A stretch of 51,088 bases of DNA from Lachnoclostridium sp. UBA1434 (GTDB lineage: Bacteria; Bacillota; Clostridia; Lachnospirales; Lachnospiraceae), in assembly GCA_002329645.1 (NCBI GenBank), contig DCTS01000099.1:600-51687 (forward strand), written 5' to 3'. The notes below the pieces were generated by a model. It saw only the letters and a list, made by a program, of their open reading frames with translations. It was not told where the DNA came from and made no database searches. Made by a program: the position numbers and the translations under genes. Below, one piece after another: positions 37,066-47,246 of this stretch; position 1 is the stretch's first letter; the number at the start of each line of letters is the position of its first letter.

Positions 37066-38414
37066 TGGATTGGAGCCGGAATTCTCCCGCCCCTGTTTAT
37101 GAAGCTGTCACATGCGAATCTGTTGACAGGCATTATCGGTGCATGCCCTAATAACCCGCCAAATTCAACCTTGTCGCCGACGGTCTTGCCTATAACGGGT
37201 ATTATCCTGACGGCGGTAGTTTTCTGGTTAATCATTCCGATTGCCATTTCATCGGCTATTATGCCCGATATTGTGGATGCCTTGGTATCACCAGGTATTG
37301 CTATCATATCCAGACCCACCGAGCATACACATGTCATTGCCTCCAGCTTCTCAAGAGTAAGGGCTCCCGCATTTACGGCATTAATCATTCCCTGGTCCTC
37401 ACTCACCGGAATGAAAGCCCCGCTTAAGCCCCCTACGAAGGAGGAAGCCATTACACCGCCCTTTTTAACCTGATCATTAAGCACTGCAAGGGCTGCGGTT
37501 GTACCCGGCGCTCCGGCATATTCAAGCCCCATTTCCTCAAGAATCTCGGCAACGCTGTCCCCTACGGCAGGCGTCGGAGCCAGGGATAAATCCACAATCC
37601 CAAAGGGTATTCCAAGTATTTTAGATGCCTCCTGTGCAACGAGCTGTCCTACGCGGGTTATCTTGAAGGCAGTCTTCTTTATAGTTTCGCACAGGGTCTC
37701 AAAATCTGCCCCGCGAACATTTTCAAGAGCCTTCTTGACCACTCCGGGGCCGCTGACACCGATATTCAGCACGGCGTCTCCCTCGGTTATACCATGGAAG
37801 GCACCTGCCATAAACGGATTGTCGTCAGGAGCATTGCAAAACACCACTAGCTTTGCACATCCGATAGAATCCTTATCCTTTGTAAGCTCTGCGGTCTGCA
37901 GGATTATTTCACCGAGAAGCTTGACGGCGTTCATATCTATGCCCGTCTTTGTAGAGCCTACATTTATGCTGCTGCATACGCTTACCGTCCTGCTTAAGGC
38001 TTCCGGTATTGAACGTATTAGCAGCTCATCAGCCTGTGTCATTGCCTTTGATACAAGGGCGGAGTATCCGCCGATAAAGTTGACACCCACCTCCTTGGCA
38101 GCCCTGTCCATGGTCTCAGCTATGGACACAAAATCCTCCGGACATTTGCAGGCTGCTGCACCTATAAGTGCCACGGGTGTTACGCTTATCCGTTTATTGA
38201 CTATGGGAATTCCGTATTCCTTTTGGATCTTGTTGCCTGCAGCCACCAAATTCCCGGCTGTGCGAGTAATCTTATCGTACACCTTTATATTGACCTCGGA
38301 AAGGTCTTCACAGGCGCAATCCAAAAGGCTAATGCCAAGCGTAATAGTCCTGACATCCAGGTTTTCCTGGGTTATCATCTTATTGGTTTCGATGACTTCA
38401 TGTATATTTATCAT
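37050..38414 (-). CDS. DUF711/UPF0210 (PFL-like) family protein
   Basis: [54 protein letters not shown]; start at ATG 38414. Confidence 0.93.
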   Translation of the reverse strand: MINIHEVIETNKMITQENLDVRTITLGISLLDCACEDLSEVNIKVYDKITRTAGNLVAAGNKIQKEYGIPIVNKRISVTPVALIGAAACKCPEDFVSIAETMDRAAKEVGVNFIGGYSALVSKAMTQADELLIRSIPEALSRTVSVCSSINVGSTKTGIDMNAVKLLGEIILQTAELTKDKDSIGCAKLVVFCNAPDDNPFMAGAFHGITEGDAVLNIGVSGPGVVKKALENVRGADFETLCETIKKTAFKITRVGQLVAQEASKILGIPFGIVDLSLAPTPAVGDSVAEILEEMGLEYAGAPGTTAALAVLNDQVKKGGVMASSFVGGLSGAFIPVSEDQGMINAVNAGALTLEKLEAMTCVCSVGLDMIAIPGDTKASTISGIIADEMAIGMINQKTTAVRIIPVIGKTVGDKVEFGGLLGHAPIMPVNRFACDSFINRGGRIPAPIHSFKN

Positions 38415-38430
38415 ACATTTATGCCCCCAT

Positions 38431-38703
38431 TTATATTCTGTGCATTTTATCGAAAATATCCTCATGCTGGGCACGGATTATTACACCAATTTCCTCGCCT
38501 ATATGTGCAAGGTCATCTGCTATCGTGTCAAAATCCTTAGTGGAATTAAAAGCGTCCACAATCATCATCATATTAAAAAAGCCCTGCACGATTGTCTGCG
38601 ATATATCCAAAATATTAATATTATTTTCAGCCAGGTATGTACAGACCCTCGCTATTATTCCCACCTTATCCTTGCCCACAACAGTTATGACAGTTCTCTT
38701 CAT
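38431..38703 (-). CDS. ACT domain protein (UPF0237)
   Basis: [35 protein letters not shown]; canonical partner of DUF711. Confidence 0.93.
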   Translation of the reverse strand: MKRTVITVVGKDKVGIIARVCTYLAENNINILDISQTIVQGFFNMMMIVDAFNSTKDFDTIADDLAHIGEEIGVIIRAQHEDIFDKMHRI

Positions 38704-38774
38704 ATAATCAGGCACAAATGCGTGCTTAATCACGCTTTATTGTGCCGTCCTCCTTTCTATCAGATGTCGGCTAA

Positions 38775-39566
38775 TCATAAAACAACCGGCTGTGTAGGCA
38801 TATCCCTGTGCGCTACGTTAAGCTGCATCCCGCTATAATCACAGCCCTTGACTGAAAGCCCGCATAAAACTGTTTCATATGCCAGCTCCTCGTAGTTGTT
38901 TTCCTTGCTTAAATGTGCCAGCAGTACATGCTTTAACCGTAAGCTAACCAGCCTGCTGATAAGCTCGGCTGAGGCTTCATTGGAAAGATGTCCCCTGCTT
39001 CCAAGTATCCTCTGCTTTAAAAAATACGGGTATCTTCCCACCATAAGCATATTTACATCATGGTTTGCTTCTATCATCAGTAAATCCGAGGCATCAAGCT
39101 TTGATACTATATAGTCGTCATACATCCCAAGATCCGTAGCAATCCCCAGCTTATAACCATTCGCCTGCATCGTATAGCATACCGGCTCTGCAGCGTCATG
39201 GGAGGTGGAGAAGGGTTCAATGGTGATGTCGTTTAAACGGAAGGGTTCATTGGGCCTTACCGGCAGGAACAGCTCATCGGGTATGTCCTGTGCCGAACTT
39301 AAGGATTTGATCTCTCTGATGGTGCCGGAGGTTGCATATATGGGTATATTGTATCTCCTGGCGAGAACTGAAAGCCCTGTGACATGATCGGAATGTTCAT
39401 GGGTTATTAATATGCCCTGTATCGTATCGGGCTTTACGTCAATCTCATTCAAACCGTTCTCTATCCTTTTTGCACTTATTCCGGCATCCACAAGCAGATT
39501 GGTCCTGCCGCTGCCGACATAGGTGCAGTTGCCGCTGCTGCCGCTTGCTATACTGTATAATATCAT
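38775..39566 (-). CDS. MBL-fold metallo-hydrolase (YycJ/WalJ-like)
   Basis: ASGSSGN, THEHSDH, SHDA, ATDLG, EANHD, GHLSN, AHLSKENN. Confidence 0.92.
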   Translation of the reverse strand: MILYSIASGSSGNCTYVGSGRTNLLVDAGISAKRIENGLNEIDVKPDTIQGILITHEHSDHVTGLSVLARRYNIPIYATSGTIREIKSLSSAQDIPDELFLPVRPNEPFRLNDITIEPFSTSHDAAEPVCYTMQANGYKLGIATDLGMYDDYIVSKLDASDLLMIEANHDVNMLMVGRYPYFLKQRILGSRGHLSNEASAELISRLVSLRLKHVLLAHLSKENNYEELAYETVLCGLSVKGCDYSGMQLNVAHRDMPTQPVVL

Positions 39567-39700
39567 GCTTATCTTCCCTATCCTTTATTTTATGCATATA
39601 AACTAAATTGTCTTTTAGAGTATCCCTCATTTGACCCGGTTTGTCAAGAAAAACGGGGCTTCATATCTCTGCCGGCTTTATACACTATAATAATCCAGCC

Positions 39701-40294
39701 CTATAATATGCCAAGCAGGCGCTCCACCTGCCTTTCAAGCGCCGGGATATCATCGTCGTTGTTGATTACCTTTGTATACCTTTTCAGGAAATCCTCGTCC
39801 TTGCTCTGGGAAGCAAAAATCATGTCAATCCTCTCATCCGAATAACCCCTGTCAGCCTTAAGGCGCTTTCTCCTGTCCGCCTCCGGGGATCGCACATACC
39901 AAACCTCGTCACATGTTGTATCATAGCCTGATTCAATCATAAGGGCTGTCTCAATAATAAAGTACGGATACATACCCGAGGTTTTCGCTTTATCTATCTC
40001 TTCCCTGACTTCGGTAAGAACGTTGGGATGCGTAAGCTCATTAAGCTTATACAGCTTCTCCTTGTCGTTAAATACAATTTGAGACAGCTTGCCCCTGTCT
40101 ATTGTGCCGTCCTCGGCTAATATACGGTTTCCAAAGAAGTCGATTATGCCGGGATAGCTTATTCCCCCCGGCTTCATCTGCTCCTTTGCTATGGAATCCG
40201 TATTTACAATATATGCGCCGTACTTATCCTTTAATATTCCGGCCACCAGGGACTTGCCGCTGCCAATCCCGCCTGTTATTCCTATTATCTTCAT
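39701..40294 (-). CDS. coaE: Dephospho-CoA kinase
   Basis: IGITGGIGSGKS, IDRGKL, LNELTHP; directly after polA. Confidence 0.96.
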   Translation of the reverse strand: MKIIGITGGIGSGKSLVAGILKDKYGAYIVNTDSIAKEQMKPGGISYPGIIDFFGNRILAEDGTIDRGKLSQIVFNDKEKLYKLNELTHPNVLTEVREEIDKAKTSGMYPYFIIETALMIESGYDTTCDEVWYVRSPEADRRKRLKADRGYSDERIDMIFASQSKDEDFLKRYTKVINNDDDIPALERQVERLLGIL

Positions 40295-40320
40295 GCTATC
40301 ACCTGCTGATTAAGCTTTAT

Positions 40321-42969
40321 TTATTTGGCCTCGAACCAGTTGCTTCCTTCCTTAACCTCTGCTTCCAAAGGCACCTTAAGCTCTGCCGCATTATGCATTT
40401 CCTCAAGCATTACGGATACAACCTCTGCAGCCTCATCCTTATAAGCCTCCACTAGCAGCTCGTCATGCACCTGCAGTATCAGCCTTGACCGCATATTCTT
40501 ATTTTTAAGCCTTCGGTTAACACGAACCATTGCAATTTTTATGATATCAGCAGCCGTTCCCTGAATGGGTGAGTTCATTGCCACCCTTTCCCCGAAGGAG
40601 CGTTGCATGAAGTTGCTTGAGGTTAATTCGGGTATCGGCCTGCGGCGTCCGAAAAGCGTTGTGGAGTAACCCAGATTCCTGGCATCGGCAACCAGCATGT
40701 CCAGATACCTTTTGACCTGCGGATAGGTTTGGAAGTATTTTTCTATATAACGCTCCGCCTCTTTACGGGTTATATTGAGGCCCTGACCAAGTCCGAAGGA
40801 ACTGATTCCGTATACTATACCAAAGTTAACCGCCTTGGCGCTGCTTCTTTGGGCATCTGTTACCTCCTCGAAGGGTGTGTGGAACACCTCGGAGGCTGTA
40901 ATCCTGTGGATATCCCTGGCTTCCCTGTAGGCATTTATAAGCTTTTCATCCCCCGACATATGGGCAAGTACGCGCAGCTCGATCTGCGAGTAGTCTGCAT
41001 CCAGGAATACATATCCCTCTTCGGGTATGAACACCTTCCTTATCTGTCTTCCCAGCTCCATGCGGATTGGAATGTTCTGCAGGTTCGGATCAGTACTGCT
41101 TATCCTTCCCGTTGCAGTGATTGTTTGATGGAATTTGCCGTGAATCCTGCCGTCCTCCCTGATATATGCAGCAAGGCCGTCGGCATAGGTGGACTTAAGC
41201 TTTGTAAGCTGGCGGTATTCAAGTATCATTCCCACTATCGGATGCTCGCTCTGAAGCTTCTCAAGTATATCCGCAGATGTGGAGTATCCGGTCTTTGTCT
41301 TCTTGCCGAAGGGAAGGCGGAGCTTGTCAAATAAAATTACTCCAAGCTGTTTCGGCGAATTAATATTGAACTCCTCGCCTGCCATTTCATATATCTGCTT
41401 TTCCAGGGACAGTATCCCTGTCTGAAGCTTGTCCCCGTACTCCTTAAGGGCCTGCTTGTTAACACGTATTCCCCGTACCTCCATATCATACAGGGTATAT
41501 ACAAGCGGCATCTCCACGGTTTCAAACAATTCAAGCATTCCATAGTCCTGCAAAAGCTCCTTTAACCTGTCTGCAGAACGGTAAGCTATATAAGCGCTGT
41601 AACAGGCATAGGATGTCAGGCTTTCCGGCTTTTGCTCCATTGCCTGTGTCAGGGACAGCTTGCCAAGCAAATCCTCTCTTGACTGTACCGTAAGGTCCAG
41701 ATAGTCCCTTGCTATATCGTCATAGTAATAGGTATCCTTTAGGGGATTTAACAAATATGCCGCAATTGCCGCATCAAACATTTTGTCGTCTTCATTTACA
41801 TCAAGAAGCTTTAATTGCTCCTTAAGCCCGATAACAGAAACCAGATGCCCTGCCCTTGCCAGCCCTGCAGCCCTGGTACACAGGTATTCTGCAGTGATTG
41901 CCGCCGTACAGCGAATTAGAAATATGGCTTCCTCGCTATTGCACACGGAAAGCCCGATAAGCTTACCGTCCTCATGAATTAGCTGAAGGCCGACAGAATG
42001 GGCCGGCTCCTTATCTATATTACCAAATACCCTGTCTGCTTCATCAATATCGTCCACTACCCGGAAATGCCCTTCTATTCCCGTGCTGTGGCTCACCTCT
42101 TCCGTACGGAATTTGGTAAGCAGGCTCTTAAACTCCAGCTTCTTAAACCACAGATATACTTCCTCGTTATATATATTGTTTAGCTCGGCTTCCTCAAAAT
42201 TAAGCTCTATATCACAGTCAGTGCATATTGTGGCAAGAGTTTTGGACAGATACGCCAGCTCCCTGTTTTCGGTAAGCGTGGCAGTTACCTTACCGGGAGG
42301 CATCTCCGACAAATGCTCATAAATATTTTCAATGGAATCATAAGCTTCAATAAGCTTGCCTGCAGTTTTTTCACCTATTCCCGGTACACCCGGAATGTTA
42401 TCGGAGGCATCACCCATAAGTCCCTTCAGGTCAATAAACTGCCGGGGTGTTACATTATAACGCTCCTTGACATCGTTTTCCAGGTAGTCTTCTATCTCCG
42501 TGCCGGTTCTTTTTGTTTTAGGTATTCGTATCTTGATTCTATCAGTGGCAAGCTGAAGAAGATCCCTGTCTCCCGATATCAGCGAGACTAAGTTGCCTGA
42601 CCTCTCCGCTTTCTTTGCGAGGGTGCCAAGCACGTCATCTGCTTCAAAGCCCGGCTTTTCTATGACCATGATGTTCATGGCCTTAAGCACTTCCTTCATT
42701 ACCGGCACCTGTTCCCTGAGCTCATCCGGCATTCCTTTCCTGGTACCCTTATACTCGGCAAACATCTCATGACGGAAGGTGGGATGATGCGTGTCAAATG
42801 CCACAGCAAGATAATCCGGCTTCTCCTCGTCAAGTATTTTAAAGAGTATATTAAGAAAACCCAGTATTGCATTGGTATGCTCCCCTGCCGAGGTTGTAAG
42901 ATCGGGCAACCCGTAAAATGCCCTGTTCAATATACTGTGACCGTCAATCAGTACGATTTTCTTATCCAT
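40321..42969 (-). CDS. polA: DNA polymerase I
   Basis: 5'-3' exonuclease LIDGHS/EADDV/GDASDNIPGVPGIG; polymerase ADYSQIELR, KAVNFGIVYG, QVHDEL. Confidence 0.99.
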   Translation of the reverse strand: MDKKIVLIDGHSILNRAFYGLPDLTTSAGEHTNAILGFLNILFKILDEEKPDYLAVAFDTHHPTFRHEMFAEYKGTRKGMPDELREQVPVMKEVLKAMNIMVIEKPGFEADDVLGTLAKKAERSGNLVSLISGDRDLLQLATDRIKIRIPKTKRTGTEIEDYLENDVKERYNVTPRQFIDLKGLMGDASDNIPGVPGIGEKTAGKLIEAYDSIENIYEHLSEMPPGKVTATLTENRELAYLSKTLATICTDCDIELNFEEAELNNIYNEEVYLWFKKLEFKSLLTKFRTEEVSHSTGIEGHFRVVDDIDEADRVFGNIDKEPAHSVGLQLIHEDGKLIGLSVCNSEEAIFLIRCTAAITAEYLCTRAAGLARAGHLVSVIGLKEQLKLLDVNEDDKMFDAAIAAYLLNPLKDTYYYDDIARDYLDLTVQSREDLLGKLSLTQAMEQKPESLTSYACYSAYIAYRSADRLKELLQDYGMLELFETVEMPLVYTLYDMEVRGIRVNKQALKEYGDKLQTGILSLEKQIYEMAGEEFNINSPKQLGVILFDKLRLPFGKKTKTGYSTSADILEKLQSEHPIVGMILEYRQLTKLKSTYADGLAAYIREDGRIHGKFHQTITATGRISSTDPNLQNIPIRMELGRQIRKVFIPEEGYVFLDADYSQIELRVLAHMSGDEKLINAYREARDIHRITASEVFHTPFEEVTDAQRSSAKAVNFGIVYGISSFGLGQGLNITRKEAERYIEKYFQTYPQVKRYLDMLVADARNLGYSTTLFGRRRPIPELTSSNFMQRSFGERVAMNSPIQGTAADIIKIAMVRVNRRLKNKNMRSRLILQVHDELLVEAYKDEAAEVVSVMLEEMHNAAELKVPLEAEVKEGSNWFEAK

Positions 42970-43063
42970 AAATGTTATGTCAGGTTAATTCCTGGCATTA
43001 GCCTCCCTTCTCCGCTGCCATGACTGAATGTTTTGCTTTGTTATACATCTTTCTATTATTGAT

Positions 43064-43534
43064 CTACTGCGCTTCCCTGCTTTCCTCCTGCATGTGGCTG
43101 TTAAGATAAAGCTCAAGCCCATCCGTAAGCTCTTCAAACCTGGCCTTATTATATGTCACTCTTAGCCGGAAGGTACTTTCCTTTACAGGATTATCCTCAA
43201 TCCTTGCTGTATAATCCTTAAGGCCGAAAAAAGCAGCTAAAAGAATAAATAAAAAAATCAGGATGCCCTTTTTACGGTAGTAGACGTATTTTACATGTAC
43301 AATCCTTTCCTGGGACCTGTGGAGCTTATCCTCCAGCTCCTGATTATAATCGGCAGATAAATTCCTGTCCTCGTCAAGCTGCTTCATAGCTGTAAGAAGG
43401 GCATAATATACCCCCAGCTCTTCCCTGCATGACGGGCAGGAATTGACATGCTCAAGAAAATCCTCAAGCTCGCTTATATTAAGTTCGTCATTTACATACG
43501 AAGTGATAAGGCTCTGCGCCTCGATACATGTCAT
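43064..43534 (-). CDS. zf-HC2 (ZAS) anti-sigma-factor-like membrane protein
   Basis: MTC...YVNDEL...HVNSCPSCREE (HxxxCxxC), single TM. Confidence 0.85.
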   Translation of the reverse strand: MTCIEAQSLITSYVNDELNISELEDFLEHVNSCPSCREELGVYYALLTAMKQLDEDRNLSADYNQELEDKLHRSQERIVHVKYVYYRKKGILIFLFILLAAFFGLKDYTARIEDNPVKESTFRLRVTYNKARFEELTDGLELYLNSHMQEESREAQ

Positions 43535-43586
43535 AATTCATACTACCTGCCTGGTTTTATTTTCTGCTTGATTCGTATTTTCATGC

Positions 43587-43615
43587 TTGAATAATGGCTA
43601 TATTTATGATAGAAT
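43587..43615 (+). promoter_or_regulatory. Sigma-A promoter of tRNA-Leu
   Basis: TTGAAT-17 bp-TAGAAT with extended TGn. Confidence 0.7.
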
Positions 43616-43631
43616 AATCCTCGTCACTGAT

Positions 43632-43714
43632 GCGGATGTGGCGGAATGGCAGACGCAGCAGACTCAAAATCTGCCGGGGGCGACCTCGTGGGGGTTCAAG
43701 TCCCTTCATCCGCA
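43632..43714 (+). tRNA. tRNA-Leu (anticodon CAA), CCA not encoded
   Basis: Acceptor stem GCGGATG/CATCCGC plus A73, anticodon stem GCAGA/TCTGC with loop CTCAAAA, long variable arm, TTCAAGT T-loop. Confidence 0.97.
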
Positions 43715-43780
43715 TTCTCCGGATTGTCCTCAACGCCTTATTTTTCGGTGCTTTGGGGACTTTTCTTTTTCGTCTGAATA

Positions 43781-43844
43781 TGATTACACTGCTCCTCTTG
43801 TGATTACACTTTTAAATACACTATTAATTTCTTTTGATTACACT
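43781..43844. repeat. Three direct TGATTACACT 10-mers (integrase arm-site-like)
   Basis: Exact copies at 43781, 43801 and 43835, degenerate AAATACACT at 43814; 67-130 bp downstream of the tRNA. Confidence 0.85.
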
Positions 43845-43999
43845 ATTTTTGTAAAGAGCAATGTCAATATCTTTCTTCTATGCAATGGCAGGAGCTTCTT
43901 GTTGTGATCCAAGCCCTGCTGCCTAACTTCTTCCACCGTAGTCAATTATATCCTAAATCAGGTACAATCGCAATCATGTAATCAGCATTGTTCAGGGGC

Positions 44000-44025
44000 A
44001 AAAAAACCAGGGTGGCTTACCCTGG
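44000..44025 (-). terminator. Intrinsic terminator of the 361-aa hypothetical gene
   Basis: CCAGGGT-aagcc-ACCCTGG followed by T7 on the minus strand. Confidence 0.85.
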
Positions 44026-44039
44026 CTGTTTAAGAATAC

Positions 44040-45125
44040 TTAATTGTTAATACCCCTGAATTTCTTTAATATAAATATCGCATTTTTAATGTCTGTATCA
44101 TCCGGATTGACTGTTTCAGTCCGATTTGACAATCCGCAAATGCGCCGGGTTTCCTCACCTAAGCAAACTCTCCTGTTATTTGGACATTTGCATAGCCTTT
44201 CCGGAATTTGATCTTTGAACCATTGGAATAAGTTGCGGTCCTCTTCATATAAGCAACTTGCAAACTCATTTATATTCTTAAAATGATTAAAGTAGACACA
44301 TAGCATAAAATATTCGTTATCGGCATAAAAGCCGCATATATTCTTCCCTTTATAAGAGTATTCAACCTTCCACTTAAAATCGGATACTATACCCCTTAAG
44401 GGCCTTATCCTGGCTTTAATCCTCATTCCTGCCAGGCTGCCTTCCAGTTCATTTATTATTTCAGCACTTCTGTCCGGAAGAGTTCTTTTTATATCCTCTG
44501 TTGAAGGAACCGGAGAGTAAGCATTTTTATAATCCAGACGAAGATAATTCATCCATTTATATTTGCTTTCAGGCGCCTTACACAGATAATTCAGGCCTGA
44601 CATTGCACAGCTGTATGGTTCTTGAATAGTTATGTAAATTAGGTCATTTGTCTCATAAACCTGAACGCCAAGGGCATTTAATGCTTCATATCTTTTAGCG
44701 TTATTTTTTGAATCATGAATGCGGTTTATTTTATCAAGCGCACGGCCATATGATTCTTTGGATATTATCAATGCGCCTGACTGCTCATCTGTTCCAATGC
44801 ATTCAGTCCCTAAGTTATAGAAATAAAGAGCATAAAACTGTATCGCCTGTTGAAAAGTATTCCTGAGAGTACATTCTCTGGAATCATTTTTATGCTTCTT
44901 TTCTGCTGTACTTTGCTTCCATTTTTCTTTAGCCTTTTCAATATATTCTTCATATTGCCCGGAAAAAACCATATACTCTTCCGGATGGTCATACATTTTT
45001 CGATAAATCGAAACCATAAAATCATAGAACTGCATCTGCCCTTTTTCCTGCAGCTTATCAGAGGCTTCAAAGGGTGCAATCATATCAAGGCAGTGCCTAA
45101 TTGATCTTTGTGCATATGTTTCCAT
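44040..45125 (-). CDS. Hypothetical cytoplasmic protein with C-terminal Cys cluster
   Basis: 361-aa ORF with GAGGAG RBS and terminator; CKCPNNRRVC...RRICG. Confidence 0.8.
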   Translation of the reverse strand: METYAQRSIRHCLDMIAPFEASDKLQEKGQMQFYDFMVSIYRKMYDHPEEYMVFSGQYEEYIEKAKEKWKQSTAEKKHKNDSRECTLRNTFQQAIQFYALYFYNLGTECIGTDEQSGALIISKESYGRALDKINRIHDSKNNAKRYEALNALGVQVYETNDLIYITIQEPYSCAMSGLNYLCKAPESKYKWMNYLRLDYKNAYSPVPSTEDIKRTLPDRSAEIINELEGSLAGMRIKARIRPLRGIVSDFKWKVEYSYKGKNICGFYADNEYFMLCVYFNHFKNINEFASCLYEEDRNLFQWFKDQIPERLCKCPNNRRVCLGEETRRICGLSNRTETVNPDDTDIKNAIFILKKFRGINN

Positions 45126-45314
45126 AGAGTTCTCCTCATCTGTATGTAATTATTCTTTCTCTTACCGCAATTCATAAAATCATTACCACAAAACGTATCA
45201 AGACACATTATCTGGTAAAATATTTCTCTTTGCATTCATACTGTTGAGAATTGAACGGTTTAATTCTACTCTTATCTAAATGCGGTTGATTACATTATAA
45301 CAGATATCAGCCAT

Positions 45315-45512
45315 TTATACTTTAAAAATATATCTGACATCCGAAAATCCATAAATTTCATCAATTACCGTGTGTGCATTAGTTATTGTTTTCCACACCT
45401 TCTCCGCCGCCTGCACACACAAAGCAGGTGCGGAAGATACAATCATAACCGAAACCAGCATTATAATAACCAGCTTTTTAAAACTCTTTTTAAACCTCAT
45501 TGTCATATTCAT
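45315..45512 (-). pseudogene. Signal peptide plus about 30 aa; probable 5' remnant of a secreted protein gene
   Basis: GAGGGGG RBS; RFKKSFKK-LVIIMLVSVMIVSSAPALC-VQA|A Sec signal followed by an early stop. Confidence 0.55.
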
Positions 45513-45570
45513 ATACATCCCCCTCTTTAATAATTTTATATAACAGTGCTTAATGCTCGCCAGTTCAGTG

Positions 45571-46887
45571 TTATATAACATACTTCCAATAAAATATTAC
45601 CATTGCTGCTAACGCCGTTCCTGCAAATGCTTTTATAATCCATTTATTTATGTTCAAATGATATATCTGCTTGATTTCATCCCTGTATGTCATAGCAATA
45701 GTTATTGCAGCCAGAATAATTCCTGTGAAATAGAAGCTGCAGTCAATAAGGCCATGCAGCAATAAACTTCCGATTACTGCACACTCTATTGGTTTTTTAC
45801 CCTTTTTATTAAACCAAAGCAGTATTATCAAAAAAACGCATATTAATGCAGGAATGCCTGCATTCACAGCTATTTGAATATAGCTGTTGTGAATCAACTG
45901 TGCCCGGTAATCCATGCTTTGCCATGCTGCCTTTTTGATTGCCCATCTGCCGGGGCCGAGACCAAACAGGGGGTTGCTCATTATCGCTTTAATTCCGTCC
46001 CTGGAATGCATTATCCTTTCTGCGAAGGTTGCTGCCGCCTCCTTTCCCCTGTATAAAAAAACACCTGCACCCTCCAGCAAACCTAATACAAGTCCCGGAA
46101 TTATAAGCCACTTCTTCAAGGATATTGTGCAAAATACTTTTTTCCATATAAATCCGGCAATGCAGCCTGCAATTGCAATTGCTGCTCCTAAAGGTTTTAC
46201 ATTAGCAATATACAGTGAGATATATATTGCGGCAGCAAAACATGCCGCAACAACAAACTCCAGCCCTTCCTGAATAATTACCTCTATACGGTTCCCCCTT
46301 TTCTGAAGTAAGGAATATATTATTACTCCCGCAATATAAGCCAAAATGCCTCCGACAGAGATGGTAAGCTGAAGCGCAATCAGTAACCCGGGCTTAGCCC
46401 AGTGATACTTTTTCAAATCATTTATCAGCAATAGTCCCATGGACAGATATATTGCGGTCGCATTGGCATATTGCATTAAGCCCTGCAGCCGTGCTCTGGA
46501 TATCATATCAGGTATTATGTCAAAGCCGATATAAGCCATAATACCGGCATATGCCGAAATTATTGCTCCGATAATAATTCCGTCCCATAAGCTATTATCT
46601 CCCCTGATATAATGTTCTGATAATAAAAAGTATAAAAAAATACATGCAAGTATTTGAAAAACCTGTTTATATTCACTCATTGAAAAATTATGTGTCAAGC
46701 CGGAAAGAATATATGATAACAGCAGTATCGCAAAGCAAGTGAAAACCGGAATGTTTATATACGCCTTACGCTTTCCGGATAATAATAAACACGCGTAAAG
46801 CATTCCTGCCAACAGGTATGTATTGGGAAAGAAGCCTCCCTGAATTAATACAACCAGAATTATTGATATCTTAATAATCATGTTCAT
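45571..46887 (-). CDS. O-antigen ligase/Wzy_C-like polytopic membrane glycosyltransferase
   Basis: Many TM segments; RLQGLMQYANA, ER...I..NPLFGLGPG, HNSYIQ..VNAGI, LHGLID motifs. Confidence 0.82.
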   Translation of the reverse strand: MNMIIKISIILVVLIQGGFFPNTYLLAGMLYACLLLSGKRKAYINIPVFTCFAILLLSYILSGLTHNFSMSEYKQVFQILACIFLYFLLSEHYIRGDNSLWDGIIIGAIISAYAGIMAYIGFDIIPDMISRARLQGLMQYANATAIYLSMGLLLINDLKKYHWAKPGLLIALQLTISVGGILAYIAGVIIYSLLQKRGNRIEVIIQEGLEFVVAACFAAAIYISLYIANVKPLGAAIAIAGCIAGFIWKKVFCTISLKKWLIIPGLVLGLLEGAGVFLYRGKEAAATFAERIMHSRDGIKAIMSNPLFGLGPGRWAIKKAAWQSMDYRAQLIHNSYIQIAVNAGIPALICVFLIILLWFNKKGKKPIECAVIGSLLLHGLIDCSFYFTGIILAAITIAMTYRDEIKQIYHLNINKWIIKAFAGTALAAMVIFYWKYVI

Positions 46888-47246
46888 AATTTATATTACC
46901 CGTGAAGACCAAAAACAGTTTTTATGACATGTTACAGCAATACATATAAATGCATTATTTAACATGATTTTGCATTCAATATATTAATCATAATAATTTT
47001 AATGCTAAAAAGCAAGTGATATTTGTCATATCTTAATGTATTTTTACATATAAAATCATAATTTAACTTTTTGTTGAATATTAATTCGTAATGAGATTGC
47101 CTTAATAAGCAAGGGTGGTGTCATCTGACCGCCGGAAAGGGGAAGGCTATTGTTGCGATTACCATTAAACAAAAAGAAAACTTATACAATCTAAATATCT
47201 GTATAAGTTTATCTTCCCTCTATTATTTTGACATAAATGATAATCT

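Larger units (their letters stand above)
43715..47160. mobile_element. Probable degenerate tRNA-Leu-associated genomic islet (no integrase left)
   Basis: tRNA 3' location, arm-like repeats, AT-richer DNA, orphan cargo and a truncated gene; right boundary uncertain and no att duplication seen. Confidence 0.5.

Noticed and set aside
37663..38838. 391-aa plus-strand ORF
   Set aside because: Antisense shadow of the well-supported DUF711 and ACT genes
40729..41334. 201-aa plus-strand ORF
   Set aside because: Antisense shadow of polA
43587..43907. 106-aa plus-strand ORF
   Set aside because: Runs through the tRNA-Leu gene and its promoter; spurious
43715..47246. Intact prophage or ICE at tRNA-Leu
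   Set aside because: No integrase, phage or conjugation genes, and no second copy of the tRNA 3' end found by eye in the window
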